Assembly (NCBI RefSeq): GCF_964355755.1
Contig: NC_092678.1
Coordinates: 8,076,422-8,140,421, forward strand
From: Antedon mediterranea
Taxonomy: Eukaryota > Animalia > Echinodermata
Length of the DNA stretch: 64,000 nucleotides
Direction: 5' to 3'
Below, piece by piece: positions 49,352 to 61,219 of the stretch; the stretch's first letter is position 1, and the number at the start of each line of letters is the position of its first letter. A program made the position numbers and the translations under genes. Below the pieces are notes generated by a model that saw only the letters and a list, made by a program, of their open reading frames with translations, ran no database searches and was not told where the DNA came from.

Positions 49352-50691
49352 TTTTTGCAGTCATATACCTCACTTTGAATCTGACATCAACATTGTCGCC
49401 TTGTTAAAAAATAAAATATATCACTGTGTGTCTGTCCACAACCCAATGATATCATGTACATGATACATGGTAATCAATTAGGCCAGAATTGATTCCTGGA
49501 CACTGGGATTGGAAGACAAACATGTTTACAAGCTACAGCTCCACTATATTCAATTATGTCATCATTACATAACTAAAATTGAGAAATATTAAATCTCAGT
49601 TTTATTAATTAAAAAAGGTTAGGTTAGTCACCATAAACTTAACTAATGCATGCTGAATTTACCTGTAAATGAATAACCAGGTGGCATTCCTTGTCTGAAA
49701 TCTTTCAGCCTAGAGTTGTGGTGACCATCATGCAATCTGTCTATTAAGTCTTTCTCTTCTTGATGTACTTTCTCTTCTGTCTCTTTCCATTCTAGAAGTG
49801 GTTCTGCAAATGATTCACCAAAGGCTTCCAGTGTATCATTTGCAGACCTGTATGACATGGTGTCATACAGTGTTGCAAGCCGTTGAAATCCAACCTAATA
49901 AAATACAGAATTTTCATACTTATCATTTACATGTTTTTCCAACAGCAATATCCAACGTAACAAGTCAAATAAAAGTATATTATTGAAATTGAGGTTTATT
50001 ACCTTTTTGAGCCCAGCTTTCTTAAGAATTATTCCCTTAAGCTTTTTCATTGCATTCATTTGCTCATTGTAGATGTTTAGAAGTTTGGAAATGCAATCTA
50101 AAATTGCTGGCATCACGGTTGTGGTGTTTTTTTTAACATTACGTTGTAATTGTTTGATGTTGCTGACAGCAGTCATAATGAACTGTAGAAAATGAGGTGC
50201 TTTTTCCTTCAGCTCTTCGTGGAAGACATCCCAACTAAATTTGGCAAGCTCTTCCTTTGTTGTTTTTCTGAGCACTGACTCATCCACTTTTGAGCAAATT
50301 GTATATACCTGCAAACAATTGCAATTTGCTAATCTATATAATTCAACACAAATTTTATAATTCATTTACATAGTTCCCTCTTCAAAAAATATTGAATGAA
50401 AAAAAAGCTTGCATTTTCTGACAGTTTTTAAGTATTACCAGTACCAGAAACAAGGTTACTTTGTAAATAACATATCATATAAAAATTAATATTTGTATTG
50501 TTTTACATTGTATTTTAGTTATTTGTATTTTTTTTTTATTATTATGATGCACTACTGGTTAGTTTGTTCTGCTTTTGCAAAACATCATCCCAAATAAAGT
50601 TATTATTATACTACATGCCTACCTCCTGTTTGATGATATTACAACATTCTGTAAAAACACATTCCTTAAGATGATCATCACAACTTAAAAC

Positions 50692-51852
50692 AGCGAAAAT
50701 GGCATGTTTTTTTGTTTAGTAATAGATGAAAAATTTATTTTAGGTGCCCCACGGTACAGAAGGTTACTTGTAAATTAAAAAATTGGTGAACAAACGAACA
50801 ATTAACATAATTCGTTTTTGCTGTAGTGTAGCGTACGTCGACGCAGTACACGACGTAACCGTCGGTAAACTTCGCCTGGAAAATAACACATTACACATTT
50901 TGGTCCCTGGATGAAACTTGATATCACGCGTCTCGACCCAACGTTGAACGATCCGTACAAAGGGATACCGCCAGACAAGTGCGTACCTAGCTATTGTTTA
51001 GTAGTAAGTTAGATCGCTGGCAATAATGAATGCATATAAAGTGCATAATATCACTCTGACGTACTCTCACGGTCAATGAAACGTCGCGGTTTTCTAGGCG
51101 CTGAAGCTAGCTACGAAGTGAACGCGAACGCTTTTTACTGTATATTATATTCCCCGACAAAAAGTACACGTGTTCCCTTCGGTAACCGTCGGTAAACTTC
51201 GCCTGGAAATTAACTACATTACACATTTTGGTCCCTGGATGAAACTTGATATCACGCGTCTCGACCCAACGTTGAACGATTCGTACAAAGGGATACCGCC
51301 AGACAAGTGCGTACCTAGCTAATGTTTATTAGTAAGTTAGATCGCTGGCAATAATGAATGCATAAAAGTGCATATTAGCCCTCTGACGTACTCTCACGGT
51401 CAATGGAACGTCGTGGTTTTCTAGGCGCTGAAGCTATATGAAGTGAACGCGAACGTTTTTTACTGTATATTATATTCCCCGACAAAAAGTACCCGTGTTC
51501 CCCGACGTTAAGTTGTCTGTATTTCTCCAGCAAACACTTTACCGCGTACCGCGTACATGAAGCGCTAAGCTATTGCTTGTCGTCACATGATCGACTGCGC
51601 ATGTTTTACATCGAGTTTGTAGTCAGTTCAGATTCCGTAATTTAATTACCGGTATTTTTTCATTTTATATTAGCATATTTTTGTTTGTATACCATTGATA
51701 ATGTAAATTTTGTATATATATAATGATATTGTCTTTAGTTAAACAAGACAAGAAAAAATACCAACCGAGGAAATAGTGGACCTTTTGGGACTTGGGGGGG
51801 GGGGGTGCGTCTGCACCCAACGCACCCCCCCCCCCCCCTGGATACGGGCCTG
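50692..51852. mobile_element. hAT-like non-autonomous element remnant carrying two tandem 327-bp modules
   Basis: Right end GGGTGCGTCTGCACCCAACGCACCCC..CTGGATACGGGCCTG; modules at 50855-51181 and 51182-51507; left end and TSD missing. Confidence 0.6.
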
Positions 51853-51884
51853 GGTCTAAGTATTTAAACGCACCTTGATAGTAT

Positions 51885-53076
51885 TGTAACGGAAATCCGT
51901 CCTCGGGTTCGTTCCCTTTTTGGGGAAAAGGTCTGCGGTACCACGAATGAACTAAACACACAAATCAATTACAATCTTTGGAGTAGCCTCCTTTATTCTT
52001 CTCTGATTTCTAATTTATTGGTACAAGTGATTATAATAATTAATCTGATTAGTTCTGTTATTACGCCGGACTGGAAATAGTAGCGTAACCACCGCCCGCA
52101 CGTAACCTCCACAGCAACGCACACCAACACAATGGTGTAACCTCCAACTGCACGTAACCACCAACACAATGGTGTAACCTCCAACTGCACGTAACCACCA
52201 ACACAATGGTGTAACCTCCACAGCAACGTACACCAACCCAATGGTGTAACCTCCAACTGCACGTAACCACCAACTATGGTGTAACCTCCAACTGCACGTA
52301 ACCACCAACTAAGGTGTAACCTCCAACTGCACGTAACCACCAACTAAGGTGTAACCTCCAACTGCACGTAACCACCAACTGTGGTGTAACCTCCAACTGC
52401 ACGTAACCACCAACTAAGGTGTAACCTCCAACTGCACGTAACCACCAACTGTGGTGTAACCTCCAACTGTGGTGTAACCACGTACCGGCTAACAGGGTAA
52501 CCACCAGTGGTCTTAACCACTGGCTACTAGGTGTACCCACCAGTATCACAACCACAGGGTGTACCACGGCTAACTATATCTCAAGCAGTAACACAACCAG
52601 TAGGTGCAACCACCGGCTCAGCTATCTCAAATAGTGATACAACCAGTACAGTATAGGCGCAACCTCCGGCTCACTATGTCTCAAATAGTGATACAACCAG
52701 TACAGTAGGCGCAACCTCCGGCTCACTATGTCTCCAACAGCAGCACAAGCGGTAGGCTGTACCCTCCGGCTAACTTACTTGCTGGGTCTTAACTCTCCTT
52801 TTATTATTCAGCTCTAATTTCCTCTTTCTTTTCTCTAATCCTCTCTACACTTTGCTTTCCAATTTCTCTAATGTCCCTACTTATGTCCCTGCTTCTCCGC
52901 TTTTCCAGCTCCAATCTCTCCCTCCTTTTTAACGCAGCTCGAGGTAACCCTCCATTGCCTTCCTTCTCCAATCCCTCTCTGCTCTTTTTCTCCCGTCCGT
53001 TCTCTGCTACTCTTCCTGCCTACTCTGCCTCCATCTGCTGCCCTCTATCTTTTCCTTCTACCCCAAAATCATTACA
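51885..53076 (-). mobile_element. Gypsy-type solo LTR with internal 35-37-bp tandem repeats
   Basis: TGTAAC...TTACA with 4-bp TSD GTAT. Removal restores STSNTIK|gt of the transposase exon; tandem GGTGTAACCTCCAACTGCACGTAACCACCAACTAA at about 52085-52480. Confidence 0.85.
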
Positions 53077-53929
53077 GTATTACTAGTACTTCCAGCATTT
53101 AAACTTAATCCCCTGTTCTCGTTGAGAGGGATGCTACCGAGTGGTGAGGGGCTTTCTCCGCGACATCCTAAGCTCAGCTCCATTTCCAAGCTTCTTTTTG
53201 TATTAGAAGAAGGCACTGCTGGGGCAGCTCTTTTTAAAACGGTTACCTGCTTTACAAAGCGAGCAAATGTGTTTTTAACTTGCCCTTTTAGTTTCTCAAT
53301 ATTTCTATGTATCGTTTTTATTTTCATGTCGCATAATCGACAACACGATATTCCGCTACCTTTGATTTGGGTGAGGTACATTGTTGAGGGCTAAGGATGA
53401 TGTCTAATCGCTTGAAAACGTCCAAGGCTGTCTCCCCATGGAATAATGAAAGCCTCCTTGATTTCAGAGTTGCTTCCCCACAAACTATACATACGCACTG
53501 AAGTTTGTGCGGAGACAGTACTTCTCGCGTATGTTGTTTTTTCGGTGTTTTCTTTTGGAACTCATCCATGTTTTTGTGGCTATGGGTCTATCGGTGATGT
53601 AAGCCTAGGCTACTTAATACTAGCTCAATAACGAGTGTTACCACCACAAAACTCGCTCGCGATAACTTTCATCCTGTATTGCACAATGCAATTAATTAGA
53701 GCCCCAAAATGAGGTCTGTTGATTGGTTGATTCTACAGCCACATATTTACATAAACCCGCCCCACATAGCTAAATACGGTATGATAACCTACGTCATTCT
53801 TATCGGAGGTTTGCGGTCTGCAAATCGATTTCTATACGTGTTTCACAAGTCTGTATTTTCAGACAAAAATCAAAACGACGACGTGTTGAATGAAATAAAA
53901 AAGACAATAAATACAGACTTGGAGCAAGT

Positions 53930-55048
53930 CTAATCAACTCTATGCAACCTAGCACGGGAGGTGTGTTTTGCCATCCGAAGAAACTTATTTAAAAGATATA
54001 TATCGCTTCCCTCTGGTGAGAGATTAACAGCAACAATAAATGGATTCGAAAGACGCCGGTTCCCTCAATGTGCTGGGGCCATAGACGGTACCCATGTCCC
54101 CATTCTAGCCCCGTCAAAAAATCCTGCAGACTACCATAACAGGAAAGGATGGCACTCTGTGATAATGCAGGCAGTGGTGGATCATAACTTTTGGTTGGTT
54201 AAAAATTATTTAACTAAATTATTGTACAAAAAGAGCTGTAACTGCTTAAGGTGTTTGTTTAATGCTATTCTATCCAGGGTTACATTAGGCCTATGAATAA
54301 TCTATATTATTCTACTTCCAAATGCATGATTCTAAAAAAAAAGTATGGTTAAATCTAAAAAAAATGTTCTTCATACATACAGCTTTACAGATTAAACATT
54401 GGATGGCCAGGCAGAACGCATGACGTAAGGGTTTTGGCAAATTCAAACATATTTTCCCTTGCAGAGGACAGGCAAAATGGTCATCTTTTTCCTATGGAAG
54501 TAAGCTTTTGTGTAATTAATTGCTTATTATTAATGGCTAGGATTTCTATAAACACACGAATAAGAAAGGCATGATAGCAACAAAATTAATTTAATTGTTT
54601 TATTTATTTAGAATTCTACAGTGATAAATGGTGTAGAAGTACCTGTGTTTCTCATCGGTGATGCTGCATATCCCTTAAAAAAGTGGCTAATGAAACCATA
54701 TACCAACCATGCATTAACAGCCGATCAAAGAAAATTTAACACACGGTTAAGCTCTGCGAGAATGGTCGTTGAAAACGCATTTGGTCGTCTGAAGGGAAGA
54801 TGGAGAATACTTCTAAAGAGGAATGATGTCAATATTTCATTTGTATCAGATGTGGTTGCGTCATGCTCTGTTCTGCACAACATTTATGTGAGATGCATAA
54901 GGAACAGTTCTATCCTGAGTGGGATGAAGAAATGCGCAATTATGAAAGGCAGCATGGTTTGGTGCAGCCAAATGATAATGTTGATCCAAATAATCAGAAT
55001 ATAGATGTAACATCTGATATTCGTGATGCAGTTTCGGCATTCTTGTAA
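53930..55048 (+). pseudogene. Harbinger (HARBI1-like) DDE transposase, three exons, frameshifted
   Basis: GAIDGTHVPI, YHNRKGWHS..MQAVVD, GWPGRTHD, IGDAAYP, VENAFGRLKGRWR, LHN motifs. Confidence 0.92.
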
Positions 55049-55720
55049 ATTTTAAACTAAGTTTTAAGTATTTTCATGTGGTGTATCCCAAACTTTTTGT
55101 TGATTAGAAATGTTCTCACCATGCAAACCTAAACGCAATAAATAGATTAACAATCATGTCATTTTTAGTGTTTTTTATTAAACAATAATCAGACAAATAT
55201 ATCATTTTATATATACACGATATACATAATAATACACTTTATTACAGTATTATCCTATAGAAAACAAAAAACAGTTTTTTTATTACTGTAATTTTTAAAT
55301 AGCTAACTTAACATGTTAAAAGGTTTACATTTAACAGGTGTTTTTGGTATTGATAATGTAGTACAGTACATGTATAACTACAAAATAAAACCTTTTTGAT
55401 TTTAATAAAAAAATCTTACCAGCAATTAATGTTTGTTTGTATAACTAAACAATTAATTTGTAACAATAAAAATGATGTATTGATAGTGCTAAAAGGTCAA
55501 CATATGAAAAATAGCATAAGCTGTGATTAAAGGAGTTTACTAAAATAATGTCATGGTGTACACTTGTTTTGACAGAAAATAATCATTGTATTGTCCCAAG
55601 TTTTAAATTAACATTATTAGTATACAGTAATTAAAAATTTACTATTTTCAATCATTTTCATTTAACAACTCCAGGATTACATTAAATTAACATAAACACA
55701 ATGATTGGTTTAAAATGTGT

Positions 55721-57563
55721 CTAAAGTGTATAAAATTCTCCTTGGCTGCTGTCTGCTGAGCTGGATGATGATGTATTACCGCTGCAAGGTGAAGTAGCTG
55801 ATGGTGAAGTAGCTGATGGTGAAGAAGATGACTGGTATAAGTATCCTTGAGTGTGTGATGGAGGACCCATATTGTAATTAACTCGTGGTTGATTGGTGTA
55901 AAAAACAGGAGTTGGATGTTGGATTTGATTGGGAACATGTTGATTTTGCATTGTTGTCATCATTGTTGTCATGCATGTTGTAAACTGTTGTAGCATATCC
56001 CTTTGAGTGTTTTGTACTTGTGTAAAAAGCTCTTGTTGGGCATTCCTATTCTCTCTTTCAACTTTTATTTCCCAGTCCCTCTGTTCTTTCGCTAGTCTCC
56101 TCTCATCCTCTATCAATCTTTTCTCGGATGCCTCAAATCTGTCTGCTATTAGTGTTGAGACAGCTTCCATAGATTTGTCTAGTTTTGTCTTTTTTGCCTT
56201 TTTTCTGGGTCTTTCTTCTTCTACCTGCACTCATAGTGGCCAAATCTGGCATAATTATGCCGTCTGGCATAATTTTGACCCATCTGGCATCTGGCATTTA
56301 TGCTAGGCATAATTTTAGGAAATCTGGCATAATCTGGCATAATTTGAAAAACGCAAACATACAACATATTCACCACGATTTAGCATATTATCTGGCATAA
56401 TTGCGAAAAAATCTGGCATAATTTGTACACAATCTAGCATAATTTGGCTGAAAACCCGAAGAGCTTTTTTTTTTTTTTTTTTTATTTTTTTTTTGGCTTC
56501 CCACCTTTGTGGTACATAAAACATACACATAAACCGCCCTCTTATTCACTGTTTTGGTGCACTTTTAGCCTTAATTGTGTCTGGCATAATCTGGCATAAT
56601 TTTGTGCTGCCACCTAACATAATTTCATTTCGCTCGCTGGCCAAACTGCCTGCACTGGACCAGCTGGTTGATCCACATCATCATCTTCTTGAACAAGAAC
56701 ATTTGTATCCACTTGAACAAATTCTAACACTTCAACATCTTCAACCACTTGGGCATTTTCAACTTCCTGTATAGGGTCATCCTCCTCTACAGTAGCCTCT
56801 GAATTAACTTCAAATGCCTCTTGATCTATAAAAAAAATAATTTTATATTTAAAACAGAAAATACAAAATGACTAACTTAATTAAAATAAGCACATAGAAT
56901 AGAAAGTCACTAATTATAGTGGCCTAGTAGTATAGTACTACTATATTATTACAGTGAGTAGCGGTCATGAACTATGTAACCTTACCTAAATAAATTGAGT
57001 ATTTGTTTATATTTATTAATATAATAATTTATGGTATAATATAATGTTGGCTTAGCCTAGGCCTAGTAAGAGTAGTAGGGCCTGCCCTGGTCTGGGCGAG
57101 TAGAGCTAGAGTAGTTAGGCCTAGGCCTAGTTATAATAGGTATCGTAGACTAGTACTAGTAGTGAGTAACTTTGCTAGACTTACCCACGACTGCATCATC
57201 TCCTGCATCATCTCCAGCTTCATCTTCATCATCTGGGCTTACAATAGATTCTAGAACTCGAACAGGTTGGGCACATGGCCTGTGTCCCCAAATTGCATCG
57301 CACAAATCATAATATGGCCAAGTATGCTTTTGCTCCCCCGACCTGTTGTTTTTGTCTTTAATGTCATGGTACCTGGCCTTTAACGTTTTCAGTTTGCTTA
57401 TGACTTGTTTTTTTGTTCGTTTTACGCCAACCACAGCCAGCTTACAAACAATATTAACGTAAACAGCTCCCGACCTTATTGTCCCATCCATCTGTTTACA
57501 AATTTCTTCTTCTCCCCTTATTTTAAGAAGATCCCTAATCTCGTTTTCTCTCCAGTTCGACAT
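55721..57563 (-). pseudogene. Myb/SANT-like (trihelix) accessory gene of the Harbinger element
   Basis: Exon 57563-57185 W..NE...LL.IRGE...RTKKQV..KLK.LK..Y...WPYY; the second exon, 56826-55721 (acidic region, coiled coil, Q/S-rich tail), is split by a MITE. Confidence 0.85.
56232..56648. mobile_element. hAT-type MITE
   Basis: 8-bp TSD CCTGCACT (56224-56231, 56649-56656), CA...TGGCCA/TGGCCA...TG ends and many TCTGGCATAAT motifs. Removal restores GPVQVEEERP. Confidence 0.85.
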
Positions 57564-57821
57564 TTTGACAACTGAATAGAATCGGCGCCAAAGTGATACA
57601 CTTGACCGCGCACAAGGTGTCAAAGCCCCGCGACGGGGAATATAACTGCGTTACGTTCTCACAGAATGCCCGTCTCGCATTGCGGGGAATATTCCTAGTA
57701 ATATTACTAGGTCTTAAGCAGGTCATGTCGGTGCCGGCATGATGCCAAGACGACCCGTTCTCACAGAAAACCATACCGGCAAAGTAATGGTATATTCCCG
57801 CAACATTCATGGCACACAGCT

Positions 57822-59428
57822 TACGTACGTAAATTATTAATGCAATACTGCATAAAGATTCGATAGTATGTAAATGAAATAAGGATAATATTAAGTTTAT
57901 AATGATTATTGTTGAGGCACATCACGTGTATATTTTATTTCTAATGTTTAAAATAGTTTTTAGTAAAATGATCATTATATGCGAGTTACTGAAATAAACC
58001 CCCGAATAAGCCATATTGGAGATGCGCCTTCTATGATCGTGCAGCTGTTTCTCGTAACAATACGTTATTTTGCTGACGGGGTTTCCCCTTTTTTAAAAAA
58101 AACGCACTTGTTAGTGTGTCAAATCATGGACAAAACACGTACGATCGTTGTCCATGGCCAGGTAAAGATGACGTCTATTACTAATAACCATACGTTTGAA
58201 ACGTCTATAGGAGGCTTCTTGCACGTGTTTTTGTGAAACGATCCAATGAGCTATGCTCGACGCGATTATGAGATCATGTTCCGAATATGAGCACTGTTTC
58301 TATAATTTGACAGTAGGATTTATATATAATTTACGTATATACGTCGACGATACTATAGATTTTAATTTGAAAAATCTTTTATTTCTTCATTTATAATAAT
58401 CATTTAATGTAAATAATTAAGTAAGTGCAACTTAGTGTCTCACATTCATACGCCGTTCGTAAATCTAAATGTTTAAATATCAGTACCTCTTTTTGAGAAT
58501 CGTGTCCACCTTATTATCCATACATTATTCTCACATCTATCATTACTTTTACATCATAGTCCTACTGTAGGGCCGGTAGATTGATTTATAACGGCATAGT
58601 ATCTACATATTTTAATATTATCCCAAAACCATGCTCACTTCAAAGTGGCGGATATCGAATGCAAAAATCATCATCCATGCATCATCTTCCTTTATTGCAT
58701 AAACCTCCTAAGCCACCCCTAAGCTGGTATAGAACGAGTTTCGTAATTAACTGTGATTAAAAAATACGCAATAGGCGCGTCTACTTGTTTAACTATTACA
58801 TTATTATTTATTATTTTCAAAACTTTAAACAGTGGCATGCCAATCTTTTCAAAAACTTGCACAATATTCAATAAAACAAAAACAAAACATTTTTAAAACG
58901 ATTTTCTAAAAGAACACATTACACTTCATTAAAACCTGTAAGATAAAATGAAAACACAAATTATTTATAAATAATGAGATAATATTTATATTTACTGTAC
59001 TTAAAAAATAACGATTGAGGTTAAAAATAATGTCAAATAGTAGGCCTATTATTAGAAATTCTAATATTCAAAATTAACTGAAAACATAATGAGCGTTTTC
59101 ATTAAAAATTTATCTAATTCGCCATATACAAATTAGCGCGACCAAAATAAAACGCGACCGATATCAAACGTAACAAATATGATAAACCGATTTCATCTGA
59201 CACCTTTAGGGGTATCACAAATAATATTTTTTTAAAGTTAAAAAGCATTTATTAAAACAATAATTAAAAGTTAATTAATGAATTTATTAATTAGTATACA
59301 TGTAGAATACGAGCGTATGCGCTGCATTGCATTTTAATTACTCACAATACAAGCATCGGTGGCGTGCCATACAATTCGGCTTTTTAATCTGGCGGCCGAG
59401 ATTGTCGGCGGCCGAGATGGATCTAACC
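57822..59428. mobile_element. 1.6-kb insertion with a 9-bp TSD (MULE-like right end) inside the Harbinger TIR
   Basis: CACACAGCT at 57813-57821 and 59429-59437; right end GGCGGCCGAGAT x2 then GGATCTAACC. Confidence 0.65.
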
Positions 59429-59814
59429 CACACAGCTCTGTGAGAAAGGGGCTATAGAGAAACGGAAGTATAATAATATTATAAAACTAGGCCTCTAGGC
59501 TAGCAGTTTTTGATTTTCCAACAACGGCAACCGTAACCAAGGAACCGCACAGGATAATAACGATTCTGAGCGCCCTGAACGTACAGAGCGAAGCGCGGTA
59601 ATGGCAGCGGCTAATACCAGAATTCTATTCCAGGATGTTAATGGAGACATAAGAGAGTTTACGAAACACGACGGAGAGGGACGACGACGGATTACCAGTG
59701 CGCGCTGATGCGTGAAAAGCTGGTTGTCGTCCACTTTAAAAAGTTCGTTTACGATACGCGATGGGACGACGACGTCGCGTCACGCTCGGCTTGATATGTT
59801 TGTAAACAATCATC

Positions 59815-60760
59815 ATGGCGTTCGTACAAGATGCATTAAATATCGCACTTTACGATGATATAATTGACCCTGAGGAGTATTTACTTTTGTATGATTTTAA
59901 TAAATGCAATAATATAAATGTACAGTACAAAGATTACAATAATTTTAATCTTGCATCGTACAATGACGACGAATGCAACGTGTTTTTCAGGTAAGTCACC
60001 ACCAACCAATCATTAGTAGGGCCTAAGTAAAGCCTAATCTAGTAAAGCCTATATTTTATGAAAGCAAATAGCTGATAGTAGGTCTAAATTCAATTGAATT
60101 TACGTCAATAAGTTCATTACTAATAAAAGTAGTGTAATTTGATAATTAAAAACAAAAATTAAATTAATTATTTATTTGTAGGCCTACCTAAGCCTAGGGC
60201 CTAGGCTAGAAAGTAGGCATTTATACTAGCAAACTAGACTTACCTTGTCTAGAGATAAATGGAGAAAATCAAAGAATAGTTTATAATGGTCATAAGCGTG
60301 TTCACTCATTAAAATTTCAATCAGTCGTCATACCAAATGGACTTATAGCAAATCTGTTTGGACCCATCGAAGGATGTCCCGTCATGATGCCTTCATGTTG
60401 AGGGAATAATACCTACTACACAAGTTAGAACGCAATGCCGTACGTCGAAATGGAGATCCCCTTTGTATCTATGCATACCCCTTCGTGTTCATCTACAGGC
60501 TCCTTTTAAAGGAAATTTAACACAGGCTCAAGTTGACTACAACAGATCTATGAGCCAGGTTAAAGTATCTGTTGAATGGCATTGTAGAAAACTGGAAATT
60601 TGTAGACTTTAAGAAAACACAAGAAATAGGCCTGAGTGCAATTGGGAAAATTTATGTAGTTTGTTGTCTGTTGTCAAATGCCCACACTTGTCTTTATGGC
60701 AATATTACGTCAAGAACCTTTCAACTCGATCCGCCTGCCCTTGAGGAATATTTTCGATAA
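59815..60760 (+). pseudogene. Second PIF/Harbinger-superfamily (PHIS) transposase, internally deleted
   Basis: Exon 59815-59990; then YNGHKRVHSLKFQSV..PNGLIANLFGP.EG..HD, AYP, VSVEW, NAHTCLYGN.TS..F...PP.LEEY with frameshifts and stops. Left end probably AGAGAGTTTACGAAACACGACGG at about 59652. Confidence 0.8.
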
Positions 60761-61219
60761 GTTACACAAGCAATACAAGTTTTAATTAAACGTTTAAACT
60801 GTTTAAATATTATTAATTTTAATACAGTAATCCATTCAGATTACTCAGTAAGTTTTGTATACAGTATAATATTGTTCACTTTAAAAGTTGTTATTGCATT
60901 TTTTTTAATATTTCATATTAATTTACTAATTACTTATTTATATACTTTTATTGACAATGTGTATTACAGTATATGCAATTTGTTTAAAATATATTTAAGT
61001 TAAGTATAGGAAAATTTCATACTGTAACAATAAAAAAATGCATTTATAGTACTATAAATTAACTCAAATGTTTAAATTTGATATTGCACATTAATGTTTA
61101 CTACAGAAAACTTTAAAAGTTGTTGATATTGCACAATTATATAATTACTTTATATATACACTTTTATTATTAAACTTCATGACCTATGAGGGTCTGATAC
61201 AGAAAAGGCTAATTGAGTC

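Larger units (their letters stand above)
46629..53569 (-). pseudogene. 8-exon Academ-type DDE transposase, disrupted by three insertions
   Basis: Exons 53569-51874 (solo LTR inside, one frameshift), about 50691-50623, 50308-50003, 49894-49663, 49399-48742 (SINE inside), 48499-48374, 48189-48043, 47765-46629. The last six splice in phase. Motifs: CIVC..CRLC, FTGDNVD, GGDYLTFER, EDFH, C2H2 CKFC..H..H, DLDVEHAN. Confidence 0.8.
43901..53853. mobile_element. AcademH-like DNA transposon (helicase plus transposase, convergent), left end lost
   Basis: RecQ-like SF2 helicase on + and an Academ/DUF6589-like DDE transposase on -, stop codons 760 bp apart. Right boundary approximate. Confidence 0.75.
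53920..59453. mobile_element. PIF/Harbinger element, 5' truncated
   Basis: Convergent transposase and Myb/SANT genes; right TIR ...CTGTGAGAAAGGGGCT with inverted subterminal GTTCTCACAGA copies at about 57655 and 57756. Confidence 0.8.

Noticed and set aside
51993-52567. Val/Trp-rich membrane-like ORFs
   Set aside because: Translations of 35-37-bp tandem repeats within a solo LTR.
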